From Eledone cirrhosa (lineage: Eukaryota): DNA of 64,000 nucleotides. Positions within the stretch are counted from its first letter, which is position 1. Each line of letters starts with the position of its first letter. Under the pieces are notes generated by a model. The model was not told where the DNA came from. It saw nothing but the letters and a program-made list of their open reading frames with translations, and did not search any database. Below, piece by piece: positions 28,693-43,790 of the stretch. A program made the position numbers and the translations under genes. The stretch lies in assembly GCA_964016885.1 (NCBI GenBank), contig OZ024753.1, positions 40,238,001 to 40,302,000 on the forward strand. The letters run 5' to 3'.

Positions 28693-28978
28693 AGCTAACG
28701 TTTCCTTCCGTTATTTTCCTTTTTTTAGATGGTAAATTGCGATTTTTGAGGGAAACATGGTATCTATGTCTAGCATAAGAAACAGAAGCTCTGCAAAGGG
28801 TTCATATAACAGCAGTTAATTGATTGCCTTGATAACTAAACTATAATCCTTATACTAAAATAGCATTAGTAATAGTATTTTAGTTTACACATATTTACAC
28901 ATGTAAATATATATATATATAAATTAATAAAAATAATGAATAAAAACAAAGAAACAGTTCCTTATATTAAAAAATTCA

Positions 28979-29106
28979 TCATTTTACGATCGTTTCTAGG
29001 ATATATATGTGTGTGTTGGTATGTATATCATATAGATCTATGTAAAAATGTTTACAAACTATCAGAGGGAATATACATACCTACACATATATATGCTGTC
29101 TTCAGA

Positions 29107-29111
<5 letters not shown>
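28979..29111 (-). ncRNA. Type I HHR with ~100-nt stem II, family N
   Basis: ttattt-CTGAAGA-[12-bp and 11-bp helices]-GAAA-cgatcg-TA-aaatga. Confidence 0.75.
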
Positions 29112-29170
<59 letters not shown>

Positions 29171-29235
29171 GTATATATGTATGTATGTATATATCGTTTT
29201 TTAATTTGGCAGCATGACCCTCCCAAAGTATAACA

Positions 29236-29336
<101 letters not shown>

Positions 29337-29338
29337 CA

Positions 29339-29401
<63 letters not shown>

Positions 29402-29403
29402 CA

Positions 29404-29442
<39 letters not shown>

Positions 29443-29444
29443 TA

Positions 29445-29567
<123 letters not shown>

Positions 29568-29924
29568 TATACATATACGGGCTGACACTTGAAATGCAAG
29601 GGTTTGCATGATCTGCCGTTAACATTAAAGATCTGATAAGAGTTGAACACCACCACCACCACCACCAACACCACCACCAACACCACCACCACCACCACAA
29701 CAACAACAACAACAACAGTATTATAAAACGGTGTATATAAAATAGTGTAGAATCTAAAATATAGACCGTGAGAAAACTTGACCCAGCTGTCTCTCCTCTT
29801 CTCCTTACTCTAAATCCTTTCAGAAATGACTGTGTAATAAACAGATTTATGTACTCTTTTGTTAACATGGGTTTTATAGCAAAATATATAATGATATTAA
29901 TGATGTTATTGTCGTAGTTTGTCC

Positions 29925-29986
29925 TGTTTTTGTTGTTGTGGTTGTTGTGGTTGTTGTGGTGGTGGTGCTGGTGGTGGTGGGGGGTG

Positions 29987-30018
<32 letters not shown>

Positions 30019-31450
30019 GATGGGGGTGGGGGGGTATTGTTGGCGGTGTTGGAGGTGGTGGTGGTGGCGGCGGTGGTGAGGGTATTGTTGGTGGTGATGG
30101 TGGTTGGAGGTGGTGGTGGTGGCGGCGGTGGTGAGGGTATTGTTGGTGGTGATGGTGGTTGAGGTGGTGTAGTGTATGTAAGTTGGTGTTGGTGGTTGTG
30201 GTGGTGGTGGTGGTGGTGGTGGTGGTGGTGGCGGTGAGGGTATTGTTGGTGGTGTTGGTGGTTGAGGTGGTGTAGTGTAAGTCGTAGTCGGTGTTGGTGG
30301 AGTTGGTGTTGGTGGTTGTGGTGTTGGTGGTGGTGGCGGTGGTGGTGGTGGGGAGGGTATTGTTGGTGGTGTTGGTGGTTGAGGTGGTGTAGTGTAAGTC
30401 GTAGTCGGTGTTGGTGGTGTTGGTGTAGGTGGTGGTGGTGGTGGTGGAGGTGGTGGTGAGGGTATTGTTGGTGGTGTTGGGGGTTGAGGTGGTGTAGTGT
30501 AAGTCGTAGTTGGTGTTGGTGGTTGTGGCGTAGGTGGTGGTGGTGGTGGTGGCGTAGGTGGTGGTGGTGGTGGTGGCAGTGGGGAGGGTATTGTTGGTGG
30601 TGTTGGTGGTTGAGGTGGTGTAGTGTAAGTCGTAGTTGGTGTTGGTGGTTGTGGCGTTGGTGGTGGGGGTTGCTGTTGTTGTTGTTGTTGTTGGTGGTGG
30701 TGATGTTGGTGTTGTTGTTGATGGTATTGTTGGTTGTGGTTTTAGTTGTGGTGGTGGTGGTGGTGGTGATGATAGTGGTGTTGACGGTGTTGTTTGTCAT
30801 AGTGTTGGTGTGCAGTGCTGGTGCTGGTGTTGTTGTTGTTGTTGTTGGTGGTGGTGGTGTTAGTGTTGCTGGTGTTGTTGTTGGTGGTGGTGTTAGTGTT
30901 GGTAGTGTCGGTGGTGGCAGTGTTGTTGTTGTTGGTGGTGGTGGTGTTAGTGTTGGTAGTGTCGGTGGTGGCAGTGTTGTTGTTGTTGGTGGTGGTGGTG
31001 TTAGTGTTGCTGGTGCTGGTGGTGGTGGTGGTGTTAGTGTTGGTAGTGTTGGTGGTGGCAGTGTTGTTGTTGTTGGTGGTGGTGGTGGTGTTAGTGTTGC
31101 TGGTGCTGGTGTTGTTGTTGTTAGTGGTGGTGGAGGTGTTAGTGTTGGTAGTGTTGGTGGTGGCAGTGTTGTTGTTGGCGGTGGTGGTGGTGTTAGTGTT
31201 GCTGGTGGTGGTGGTGGTGGTGGTGTTAGTGTTGGTAGTGTTGGTGGTGGCAGTGCTGTTGTTGGTGGTGGTGGTGTTAGTGTTGCTCGTGCTGGTGTTG
31301 TTGTTGTTAGTGGTGGTGGAGGTGTTAGTGTTGGTAGTGTCGGTGGTGGCAGTGTTGTTGTTGGCGGTGGTGGTGGTGTTAGTGTTGCTGGTGCTGGTGG
31401 TGGTGGTGGTGTTAGTGTTGGTAGTGTTGGTGGTGGCAGTGCTGTTGGTG
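29925..31450. repeat. GGT/GTT trinucleotide-based compound minisatellite
   Basis: Higher-order units ggtggtgtagtgtaagtcgtag and gttagtgttggtagtgt; open in several frames. Confidence 0.9.
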
Positions 31451-31773
31451 ATTTTGTTGATAGATCCCACGTGTGTGTGAGAAATAGACGCAAATCCGTT
31501 GAGAATTTCCAGTCTTCGCCCTAACAGCTGTAAATACTGATATGTATAGATTTATACACACGTAATTAGACACATTATACATACATACACACATACATAA
31601 ATACATACATGCATACATTCATACATGTATACATACATACAAACATACGTACACGCATACATATATACACACATATACATATTTGTACTCATTCCTATGC
31701 ATGCACACACGCACACAAATACACACACACATATATATATAAATATATATATATATATAGCTATATATATATA

Positions 31774-31823
<50 letters not shown>

Positions 31824-31937
31824 GTATCATTAAATTTAGCTCTGGTACTTACATAGAGCACTCTTCACTCAAGAGCGTGAAATTAATAAACATTCGTTGT
31901 ACTGCCTCTCTGTTTTGTTCCTGTTCAAATTTTCCAT

Positions 31938-31968
<31 letters not shown>

Positions 31969-32221
31969 TATATATATATGTGTCTGCATGTATGTGTGTG
32001 CATGTGTGCATGTGTGGTTGGGCGTGCATGTGTCATTGCGTGTGTGAATGTAAGTGGAACGAAAATCTTTTGGTTTCGACAACGAGTGTTCAAGTTATAG
32101 ATACAGTAAGGTGGTCTAAAAGAGAGTTTTGTGTTATAGACATAGAGAGCACGCGAGTTTGGCGGCACTCTCGGGTCCCAAATAATAGGAGGGGTGGCAA
32201 TATGCGCGCTACAAGTTATAC

Positions 32222-33640
32222 TATAATGTCATACCATACCATATAATATCATACCATACCATACCATATAATGTCATACCATACCATACCATATAATATC
32301 ATACCATACCATACCATATAATATCATACCATACCATACCATATAATGTCATACCATACCATACCATATAATATCATACCATACCATACCATATAATATC
32401 ATACCATACCATACCATATAATGTCATACCATACCATACCATATAATATCATACCATACCATACCATATAATGTCATACCATACCATACCATATAATATC
32501 ATACCATACCATACCATATAATGTCATACCATACCATATAATATCATACCATACCATACCATATAATATCATACCATACCATACCATATAATATCATACC
32601 ATACCATACCATATAATATCATACCATACCATACCATATAATATCATACCATACCATACCATATAATATCATACCATACCATACCATATAATATCATACC
32701 ATACCATACCATATAATATCATACCATACCATACCATATAATGTCATACCATACCATACCATATAATATCATACCATACCATACCATATAATATCATACC
32801 ATACCATACCATATAATGTCATACCATACCATATAATATCATACCATACCATACCATATAATATCATACCATACCATACCATATAATATCATACCATACC
32901 ATACCATATAATGTCATACCATACCATACCATATAATATCATACCATACCATACCATATAATATCATACCATACCATACCATATAATATCATACCATACC
33001 ATACCATATAATGTCATACCATACCATATCATACCATACCATACCATACCATATAATGTCATACCATACCATATCATACCATACCATACCATATAATGTC
33101 ATACCATACCATATAATATCATACCATACCATACCATATAATGTCATACCATACCATATCATACCATACCATACCATATAATATCATACCATACCATACC
33201 ATATAATATCATACCATACCATACCATATAATGTCATACCATACCATACCATATAATATCATACCATACCATACCATATAATATCATACCATACCATACC
33301 ATATAATATCATACCATACCATACCATATAATGTCATACCATACCATACCATATAATATCATACCATACCATACCATATAATGTCATACCATACCATACC
33401 ATATAATATCATACCATACCATACCATATAATATCATACCATACCATACCATATAATGTCATACCATACCATACCATATAATATCATACCATACCATACC
33501 ATATAATATCATACCATACCATACCATATAATATCATACCATACCATACCATATAATGTCATACCATACCATACCATATAATATCATACCATACCATACC
33601 ATATAATGTCATACCATACCATATCATACCATACCACATA
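32222..33640. repeat. (ATACC)n-derived 25-bp higher-order satellite
   Basis: (atacc)3-atata-at[a/g]tc units over ~1.4 kb. Confidence 0.95.
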
Positions 33641-34008
33641 TCGAAGTTTTCTGACCATTTTAGAATGCAAAGAGCTAAACTAATGACTACAACTAAATAG
33701 TCCAAATTTCCCCCTCACCTTTCATTTCAGAAATGCTTCCACGGTTCTTTTAGTGTCTAAAAGTCTATAACAATCCTCCAATGGGTTGGGAAGTCAACAC
33801 GTTACAAGTTTGGTATCCATCCCACATATCCATCCATACGTACGTTCATACATGCATATATATATATACATATATACATATCTACATACATACATACATA
33901 CATACATATATAATACGTAAATACATACATACGTACATATATATATATATATTTATATATATACATATATACATAAATACATACATGCATAAATATATAC
34001 ATACATAC

Positions 34009-34041
<33 letters not shown>

Positions 34042-34078
34042 TAAATACATACATACATATATACATACATAAATACAC

Positions 34079-34111
<33 letters not shown>

Positions 34112-34127
34112 CATAAATACATACATT

Positions 34128-34158
<31 letters not shown>

Positions 34159-34484
34159 CATACATACATACATACATACGTACATATATATATATTTATA
34201 TATATACATATATACATAAATACATACATGCATAAATACATACATACATACACACATATATATATGTATATATACATAAATACATACATACATAAATACA
34301 TACATAAATACACACATACATACATACATATATACATACATAAATACATACATTATACATACATACATACATACATATATACATACGTAAATACATACAT
34401 ACGTACATATATATATATATTTATATATATACATATATGCATAAATACATACATGCATAAATATATACATACACACACACACAT

Positions 34485-34535
<51 letters not shown>

Positions 34536-34699
34536 AATACATACATACATAAATACACACATACATACATACATACATACATATATACATACATACATAC
34601 ATAAATACATACGTAAATACATACATACGTACATATATATATATTTATATATATATACATATATATATATATACATAAATACATACATACATACATACA

Positions 34700-34733
<34 letters not shown>

Positions 34734-35124
34734 CATACATACGTACATACATACATCCATATAGACATATAATCCTATATGAATATATATATATATATAT
34801 ATATAATACAAAGCCTACAGATGAATTCACTCCATAGCTACCAATGTACAGATGTTGCCGCTGCATTTTATCAAGAAGACTCACTGACAAGGAAGGTCGA
34901 GAAACGGTGTCAACCACGAAGTGAAATGTTAAAAAGTCCGTTTATTGTTTTGATATTACACCAACATTACAATATATGACAGGCTTTCAATTATATTCGT
35001 AGATCCTCATGAAAACCAACAGTAACAAGAAATAGCAAAGAAAATGTTATTTGCCAACGATCAATTGGATCATTGGATCATTGGATCACTACCAAACACA
35101 CAAATTTATATATATATATATATG

Positions 35125-35280
<156 letters not shown>

Positions 35281-35370
35281 AAATTATATATATATATATA
35301 TATATAGATAGATAGATAGATAGATACTATATATATAAATATAAATATATATATTTCGAAAATATTCTTA

Positions 35371-35417
<47 letters not shown>

Positions 35418-35440
35418 GTATCTATCTATCTATATATATA

Positions 35441-35491
<51 letters not shown>

Positions 35492-35508
35492 GTATACGTA
35501 CAAACACG

Positions 35509-35542
<34 letters not shown>

Positions 35543-35626
35543 GTATCTATCTATCTCTCTCTCTCTATATATATATATATATAATTTTATATATATATAT
35601 ATATACATATATACGTATACGTACAA

Positions 35627-35705
<79 letters not shown>

Positions 35706-35783
35706 AAAATATATATTTATATATATTTATGTATATATATGTGTGTGTGTGTCTGTCTGTGTCTATGACTGTGTCTGTGTGTA

Positions 35784-35821
<38 letters not shown>

Positions 35822-36178
35822 AAAAATGAACCATAGAATTCGATCCAATTCGAACTGCAGTTTATTTCACATGGGGAGTATTTCATTTCATTTTTGTTAT
35901 CCAATTCTGTTTGCCTTTGTTTCCAATATCGGGGGGGGGGGGGTGATAGAAGGAGGGAGGAGGAGGAGGAGGTTAAGAGTTGAGGGTGTAGAGGGATGGG
36001 ATGGGATGGGGGGTATTATTGTTATTCTTTTCGTTTCTATCTTCGTACTTTTGATCTATCTATCTAATATATGTATGTTTATTATAATACACCCACATCA
36101 ATCATCAGCGAGGGAGTCACGGAGCCAAAAAGAGAGAAACACTACATGATAGAGCTTGAACTAACAAGCTAACACACA

Positions 36179-36239
<61 letters not shown>

Positions 36240-36303
36240 ACTCACACTCACACACTCTCTCTCTTTCTTCCTCCCTATATATCTCTCCTTCCCTCTTATC
36301 CTC

Positions 36304-36354
<51 letters not shown>

Positions 36355-37333
36355 GTGAAATCTTAACAACAAAAAAAAACACCACATCGGTCGGAATAAT
36401 AGAAAAAGACTGGATGGTCATGACTGGAATAACTTTGGTTCAGGTTCTGCTTAATTATGGCATACCTGGATATAAGTAACAGCAATTACATATAAGAGTT
36501 ACATATACCAATGTAGTCCTTGATATAAAACCCTCAGGGTAGTCACCGTTGCGGTAGTGAGGGAGACTCTCTGTAGGGACAAATTCTGGGTATTTCATAA
36601 AAATGAATAACCCTAATTCAATATTATAAGATTACATCATGTAGAAACAATTTCTGAAGGCTGATATATGGTTAATGTTAACCCACGGGTTGCCGTTGGG
36701 TTTAACACTTTAGCATTTACATTACACTCTATAATTACTATTATATTTTCGTGGTAAAGGCTTTACCTCACATAATTATTTCATATAATATCGAAACTTT
36801 GAGATTTTGATATTATTCATTTTAAGAAGATTAACTTAACATCAGTATGAGTGGCCAGTTACAGCGGGATTGAACAGAAAAAGGTGAGAGAATTCTGGCC
36901 GAATATGGCCGGTTTAAATGATAAAGTGTTAAGGATAATTTGTTTGCTATATCTAACAGTATAAGAGAAAACGTAGAGAATCCACCATTGCTTCTTGTAA
37001 GAAACAATTAAAATGTTTTAGACACAGGTCCAACAAGATTGAGGTTACCTGCAATAGAAATTACCCAACATCTACCAGTTTTTTTAGGACTAACTATATT
37101 ATCTAATGTTTCATTTACTTCTTATTTATACGTTTTTACAGTTTATATTGAGAGAGATTTGGCTGCTGTTTCTCGCAGATCAAACGATCATACTGTGAAA
37201 CACATTCGTTGATTCAAGTTGCATAAAGTTTTGACATGTGAAAGATTTATTACGTTAGAATTTGTTTATTTACTGCGTTCTTTCCTTATAGTTTATAATA
37301 TATGTACTACACACACATATATATATGTGTATG

Positions 37334-37365
<32 letters not shown>

Positions 37366-37670
37366 CATATACATACATATGTATTTACATACATACATAT
37401 ACATATATATATATATATATATATGCGCACAGAGTGTATTTGTGTGTTACATATATGAGATTATATTAAATGGGGAATTAGAGATGTAATAATGATAACC
37501 AGTAACCTTTGAAATAAATATTATTCAGTTTAATATTTACTGCGTCAATGCCTGCCTGTTGTTTTCCGGGAATTATACATTAAGTTTATTAAGTATTATT
37601 GTTCCTCATCTCCGTTGACCCTACATGACCTCTCTGTCGAGCTTTACCGTTGTTATTATTATTAAACCTC

Positions 37671-38076
37671 GGCAGTATCGGTAGAGGGTCGGGCGCCATG
37701 CTTTGCAGCAAAGAGTTACGGCTCTTTATCGTCTGAGTTCCAATCCCGCCGAGGTTAACTTTGCCTTTCATCCTTACGCGGTCGATAAAATAAAGTACCA
37801 GTCACGCACTGGGGTCGATTTAATCGACTTTCCCCTCCCCCCAAATTACTGGCCTTGTGCTTGTATAAGAAACCATTATTATTAAACCTCGGCAGTATCG
37901 GTAGAGGGTCGGGCGCCATGCTTGGCAGCAAAGAGTTACGGCTCTTTATCGTCTGAGTTCCAATCCCGCTGAGGTTAACTTTGCCTTTTATCCTTACGGG
38001 GGTCGATAAAATAAAGTACCAGTAATGCACTGGGATAATTGCTGGCCTTGTGCCAAAAGTAGAAACAATTATTATT
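37671..38076 (+). mobile_element. Two tandem SINE copies
   Basis: 37671-37882 (long subtype) and 37891-38076 (short subtype). Confidence 0.9.
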
Positions 38077-38393
38077 AAACCTCAGTTTGGTAAGTTTTCA
38101 TTTCACAGATTTATCCTCAAGGGTTTTTCGTTTGTGTAATTTTCATATAATCAACATTAAATTCCTTTCTTCGATTTTAATTTTATTGCAGTGAGGTGTG
38201 GGTTTAAGACGGCTACTGAGAATAAATAGTATCAATCTTAATATACCAAAACTGAAGAGATTTCCTGCGGTTGACTGGGGAGCTGTGACTATAAGCTTTT
38301 CCATTGTTTTTCTTTCCCTGTTTTTTCGTTGCTGTACTCATCCTAATTTGTATTCATATTTGAAAAACGTAGCTTTTTTTAAAGCTTTTTAAA

Positions 38394-38470
<77 letters not shown>

Positions 38471-38471
<1 letters not shown>

Positions 38472-38777
38472 CGGCGATGAATTAGACAGACTGAATAAAA
38501 ATGGCGTAGACATACAACACAACAGGAGGAAAATATAACACCACTGACGATGTTGCAGATGTGCAACGAAAGATTTATGATAAACTATATATATGTGTTT
38601 GTGTCTATATTGTATCTGTATTATTTTTGACCGTCGGTCAGTCAATGGCAACATTGAGGACCGAGTAAGTTAGATCGCAGATATAAAAGACAGCGAGAAG
38701 CGAAAACCAACCAAACAGTGAGTGTGTTCTGTTATTAATTCTGGCAATATTACACAAATATGACCCTCCCCAAGTAT

Positions 38778-38785
<8 letters not shown>
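38471..38785 (+). mobile_element. PLE-terminus-like element with HHR at 38540-38581
   Basis: acca-CTGACGA-tgttgca gatg tgcaac-GAAA-gatt-TA-tgat; ends in tgaccctccccaagtataacaa(TA)n. Confidence 0.7.
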
Positions 38786-38824
<39 letters not shown>

Positions 38825-39095
38825 CAATTTTATAGTTCTGGTATGTCAAATTAATACCATAGAACAACCACTGTATCATAGACACCCTATATATTTCCAG
38901 GGGTACTTAGTACCTGTGGGGATATTAACTTCTTTTATATAAATATATATATATATATAGTTTTAATATAGATGAGATTCTATATATATATATATATAAA
39001 TGAGACGTATAGAGATTGTTTTAGCAAGAAGCTAACGGCATTCTATAACATATATGCGACTATAACGTCAAGATGGGAAAAGTAGTTAACGAAAG

Positions 39096-39155
<60 letters not shown>

Positions 39156-39379
39156 GTTATTTTAATAAATTAATATATATATATATATATATTGGTAAAC
39201 GGAATAGAAAATGCTGACAAATTGTTCACAGTTGAAAAATGGTTTAATTAGGAATAAAAGAGTATTAGTGATTGTATGGGTTAGTATTCAGTTGTGGTTT
39301 TAAGTTTTTAAGTTTTTACCGGTTGCGCATTTCTAAATGCTTTTCAAAAATAATTTTGAGATAGAGTGTCCGTGCTGTT

Positions 39380-39413
<34 letters not shown>

Positions 39414-39415
<2 letters not shown>

Positions 39416-39649
39416 AAGGCGGGTAAAATTCCCGAGATCCATAGACGAGTTCTCTCCAGCGGTCTCTGTCCCTCATTATCGCTGCCATGTCCTGCGTTTC
39501 CAACAGACCAGTATCTGTCCTTAGGGCATCAACATACGTTAACCTTGGTCTTCCTCTTCTAGTGTGTCCATGTAGGGGCTCCCAAAGGAGCACTGAGTGC
39601 AATGTCAACTCTGGATGTCGGTGAGCATGTCCAGTCAACCTTAGTCTCC

Positions 39650-39655
<6 letters not shown>
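39414..39655 (-). mobile_element. RTE-clade LINE 3' fragment in (TA)n
   Basis: QRRLRLTGHAHRHPEL..REFYPP*, stop directly followed by (AT)n. Confidence 0.85.
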
Positions 39656-39691
<36 letters not shown>

Positions 39692-39696
<5 letters not shown>

Positions 39697-39956
39697 GTAG
39701 AACACTGGATGGTTATATCCATAGTCGTAGAGTACTCAGTCCATGGGACGAGTTTGGTAGAAGTAGTTCCACAACAGTTAGTACACCATACCGAGAACAA
39801 ATGTTTCACCTTATTCGGATCCTCAGCTCTGTCTAAAAGTTGATCTTTAGACAGAGCTGAGGGTTCGAATAAGGTGAAACATTTGTTCTCAGTATGGTGA
39901 ACTAACTATTGTGGAACTACTACTACCAAACTCGTCCCATGGACTGAGTACTCTAC

Positions 39957-39990
<34 letters not shown>

Positions 39991-40195
39991 GTGGTAGAAC
40001 ACTGGAAGGTAATATCCGTAGTGGTAGAACACTCAGTCCATGGGACGAGTTAGGTAGAAGTAGTTACACAACAGTTAGTTCACTATACTGAGAACAATTG
40101 TTTCACCTTAGCGGATCCTCAGCTCGTAATGGCAATCCGCTAAGGTGAAACAATTGTTCTCGGTATGGTGAACTAACTGTTGTGTAACCACCTCC
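39692..40195 (-). mobile_element. Two family F fold-back elements with HHRs (39793-39829 and 40090-40125, minus)
   Basis: gag-CTGAGGA-tcc..ggt-GAAA-caattg-TT-ctc; inverted arms in 39692-39958 and 39990-40195. Confidence 0.8.
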
Positions 40196-40201
40196 CCTCC
40201 C

Positions 40202-40248
<47 letters not shown>

Positions 40249-40799
40249 TGTGTGTGTGTGTGTGTGTGTGTGCGTGTGCGCGTGCGTTTATTTTTCGAGT
40301 GAATCAAAATTACTCAACGCATGAGAGCTGAAGCTGAGACAACTTTCACATCGCTAGTATGTCCATCTCCGTGTTATTTTCCTAGAATTATACTGTGTGT
40401 GTGCGTGTGTGTGTGTGTTTGAGAGTGCATGATTGTGTGCACGTGTCTATGTGTGTGTCTGTGTGTGAGTAGTGGTGGAATGATCCGGATTTCTCAGGCA
40501 AGTTGGCAGAAACATTACATACTTAAACTCAAATAAAGCAGCTTCATTTTTTTTTCTTCCGCTTCAAATTATCTTTTAAAAAAATCTGTCATAGCGTTGA
40601 TTGCATTGACGTGATTTTCAATTTGTTATTGATGATTGTTGTCACTTGTAGCAGACACTTAACTATCCCTTTCTCATTTATCTTGCGGCAGGACAGGCTA
40701 GAATAGAGAGCATTTGTCAAGAATAACCGACACTGTTATTTAGTTGATAAATAGTGAAATACAAGGGTCGGCTGAATAGTTCATAGGTTCTCTAAGGTA

Positions 40800-41165
40800 C
40801 TCTCATTTAATGACCAAATGATATTTAGTTTTTAGTTTTCAAAAGAGTCCCTAGAAAGAAACAATGCAGTTATTGATAAGTTCATAGTTTGACTAAGAAA
40901 CTCTCATGGAATGACCAAATGAGGTTTAGTCTTTTAGTTTTTAACAGAGTCCCTGGAAAGGAACAATGCAGTTATTAATAAGTTTATAGTTTGACCAAGA
41001 TTCTCTCATGGAATGACCAAATGTGGTTTAGTTTTCAACGTTAACAAACAATGCAGTTATAAATAAGATTTAAAATTAATGCATTCACTACTTCACAGCT
41101 CTAGCATCCCTCTTCCCTAGGCTGACCAAGATACTCTCAAGGAATGAACATTAGTTTTCAACATA
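40800..41165. repeat. Imperfect ~100-bp tandem repeat
   Basis: ctctcatggaatgaccaaatg..tttagt..acaatgcagttat, 3-4 copies. Confidence 0.75.
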
Positions 41166-41407
41166 GTCTCTGGATTTGAAATTAATGCATGCAAGATTTC
41201 ACAGCTCTAGCATCACTGCTTCATAGCCAGCCTGAGAACTTTTCATTAACGACCGTCCCTTTACGTTCTGAGTTCATCAGCCCAGCTACACAACCACCAC
41301 CAGCACCACCACCACCACCACCAAGAAGTCTTCTAGTAGATGAGGTGATCACAACTGAAATGTCTTTGATCATATTTCTGGCTCCACCCCTCCTCTTCAC
41401 CCCCCCT

Positions 41408-41464
<57 letters not shown>

Positions 41465-41738
41465 GCACCACGACATGTCATACCATCCTCCACACCCGGA
41501 ACCACCATTCACACCATCATTCCTCTCACTTTCCCCACATCGTATCACCTTCCAACAGCCACCCGGGTTTTTGGCGTCCAATGTCTGGAACCCTTCTAAC
41601 AGGTTACTTTAAAAAAGAAATAAAAATTATTCTTTTGGACACGTGTTCTATGTTAGATTTCTGTTAGTTGGCTCAGAGTTGTACACACATAGACATATAT
41701 ATATATATATATATATGTATATGTATTATATTTATATA

Positions 41739-41831
<93 letters not shown>

Positions 41832-41854
41832 GAGTGTGTGTGTGTGTATATATA

Positions 41855-41899
<45 letters not shown>

Positions 41900-41919
41900 T
41901 GTGTGTGTGTGTATATATA

Positions 41920-41978
<59 letters not shown>

Positions 41979-42257
41979 TATATATATATATGCAAAAATT
42001 TATTTTAAATTGTTGGGTTACAACGAGTAAATATTTTATAACTGATATAAAAGCACTCAACAGATTTTGGAGTATTTTACGATATTAAACAAATGGAAAC
42101 TACATTTATAAAACCATATTTATTTCATTATATATATTTCAGGGATATCATATTAAAAATATGGTATGCCCTCTTCAGACAAAATACAATATATAAACAG
42201 TTTTATAAATAAATTTGACATACCTTGGAAAATTTACAAGTTCCATTTAAAAAGTTG

Positions 42258-42316
<59 letters not shown>

Positions 42317-42428
42317 TAAGAGGAATTCCAACTTTGTCTGATTTACTCGTTTTATTTACAATCCTTTAACATTTATAATGGTATTATAATGAAATAGTAT
42401 GGTAGAATATTAAATGTTAAGTGTTAAT

Positions 42429-42467
42429 TGAACAAGTACTTTCATGCTTTCGCAATCTTCAGGTTCA
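42429..42467 (-). ncRNA. Minimal type I HHR, family J
   Basis: tgaac-CTGAAGA-ttgc gaaa gcat-GAAA-gtac-TT-gttca. Confidence 0.8.
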
Positions 42468-42518
42468 TAATGTGTGGTGACAGTCAAGTTTGCAATTTTC
42501 ACATATATATATATATAT

Positions 42519-42575
<57 letters not shown>

Positions 42576-42817
42576 GGAGTTGCCAACACATTGGCATATC
42601 TCACACAAATGCTCTTACGTGATTTATTACTATGAATAATTGATAATATAATCAATATAATTATTAATAAGAAATATTATACAAATCTACCTGAAGATGA
42701 CATTAGGTGTACTAGTATCTATAGAATACTTAGTTTCATAAACTACTTATTATAGCGTGAGCAATAGAAACTTCACAAAGGCCATTGGCATGGCCCCTTT
42801 TCCCTGACCAAATTAAT

Positions 42818-43215
42818 AATTGTTTCTTCTTTTGACACAAGGCCAGCAATTACTCAGTACATTACTGGTACTTTATTTTATCGACCCCGTAAGGATGAAA
42901 GGCAAAGTTAACCTCGGCAGGATTTGAACTCAGACCGTAAAGGGACGTAACTATGCTGGAAAGCATGGCGTCCGACTCTCTACTGATACTGCCAAATGGT
43001 TTCTTATTTAGGCACAAGGTTAACCATTTTAAGGGAGAGGAAAGTCGAATAAATTGACCCCAGTGCGTTATTGATACTTTATTTTATCGACCCTGTAAGG
43101 ATGAAAGGCAAAACTAACCTCGACGGAATGTGAACTCAGAACTTAAAAGGACGTAACTCTATGCCACAAACCATGTTGTCCGACGTTCTACCGATCACAG
43201 CAAAACCACTGTCGC
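42818..43215 (-). mobile_element. Two tandem SINE copies
   Basis: Short subtype 42818-42996, long subtype 42998-43215. Confidence 0.85.
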
Positions 43216-43359
43216 CTTAAGATCAAACTAACAATAATCAATAAATGTAGCTAATCAATAAATGTTGCTGATTTTGCTCTAGGATTATATTTAAAGTACA
43301 AATGTGTGCAGCATATTCAGACCCTTTACAAAATAATCAACCGAGCAGGTATATTTGTT

Positions 43360-43790
43360 AAATGAACATCAGATCTACTGATCATCAAAATCAATGGAAG
43401 ATTCATTCGTTTCTTTTTTTCTGTTTCCATAAAATTCATTGAGTGAGGATATCATGAACATCAGATCTACTCAACAAAACAAATGGATGATTCATGTCCC
43501 CCCCCCCTACAATTCATTGAGTGAGGATATCATGAACATCAGATCTACTCAACAAAACAAATGGATGATTCATGTCTCCCCCCTCCCCCCATAAAATTCT
43601 TTGAGTGAGGAGGATATCATGAACATCAGATCTACTCAACAAAACAAATGGATGATTCATGTCTCCCCCCTCCCCCCCATAAAATTCTTTGAGGGAGGAG
43701 GATATCATGAACATCAGATCTACTCAACAAAACAAATGGATGATTCATGCCCCCCCCCCCCCCCCCCCCCCATCAAATTCATTGAGTGAC
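43360..43790. repeat. ~80-90-bp tandem repeat, ~5 units
   Basis: tgagtgaggatatcatgaacatcagatctactcaacaaaacaaatggatgattcatgtccccc. Confidence 0.9.

Noticed and set aside
29874-31493. 539-aa Pro/Thr/His-rich mucin- or extensin-like ORF
   Set aside because: Trinucleotide-based repeat open in several frames on both strands, with no signal peptide or splice support; an exon cannot be fully excluded.
43360-43790. CRISPR-like regular repeats (also 44959-45103)
   Set aside because: No unique spacers or cas genes; eukaryotic tandem repeats.
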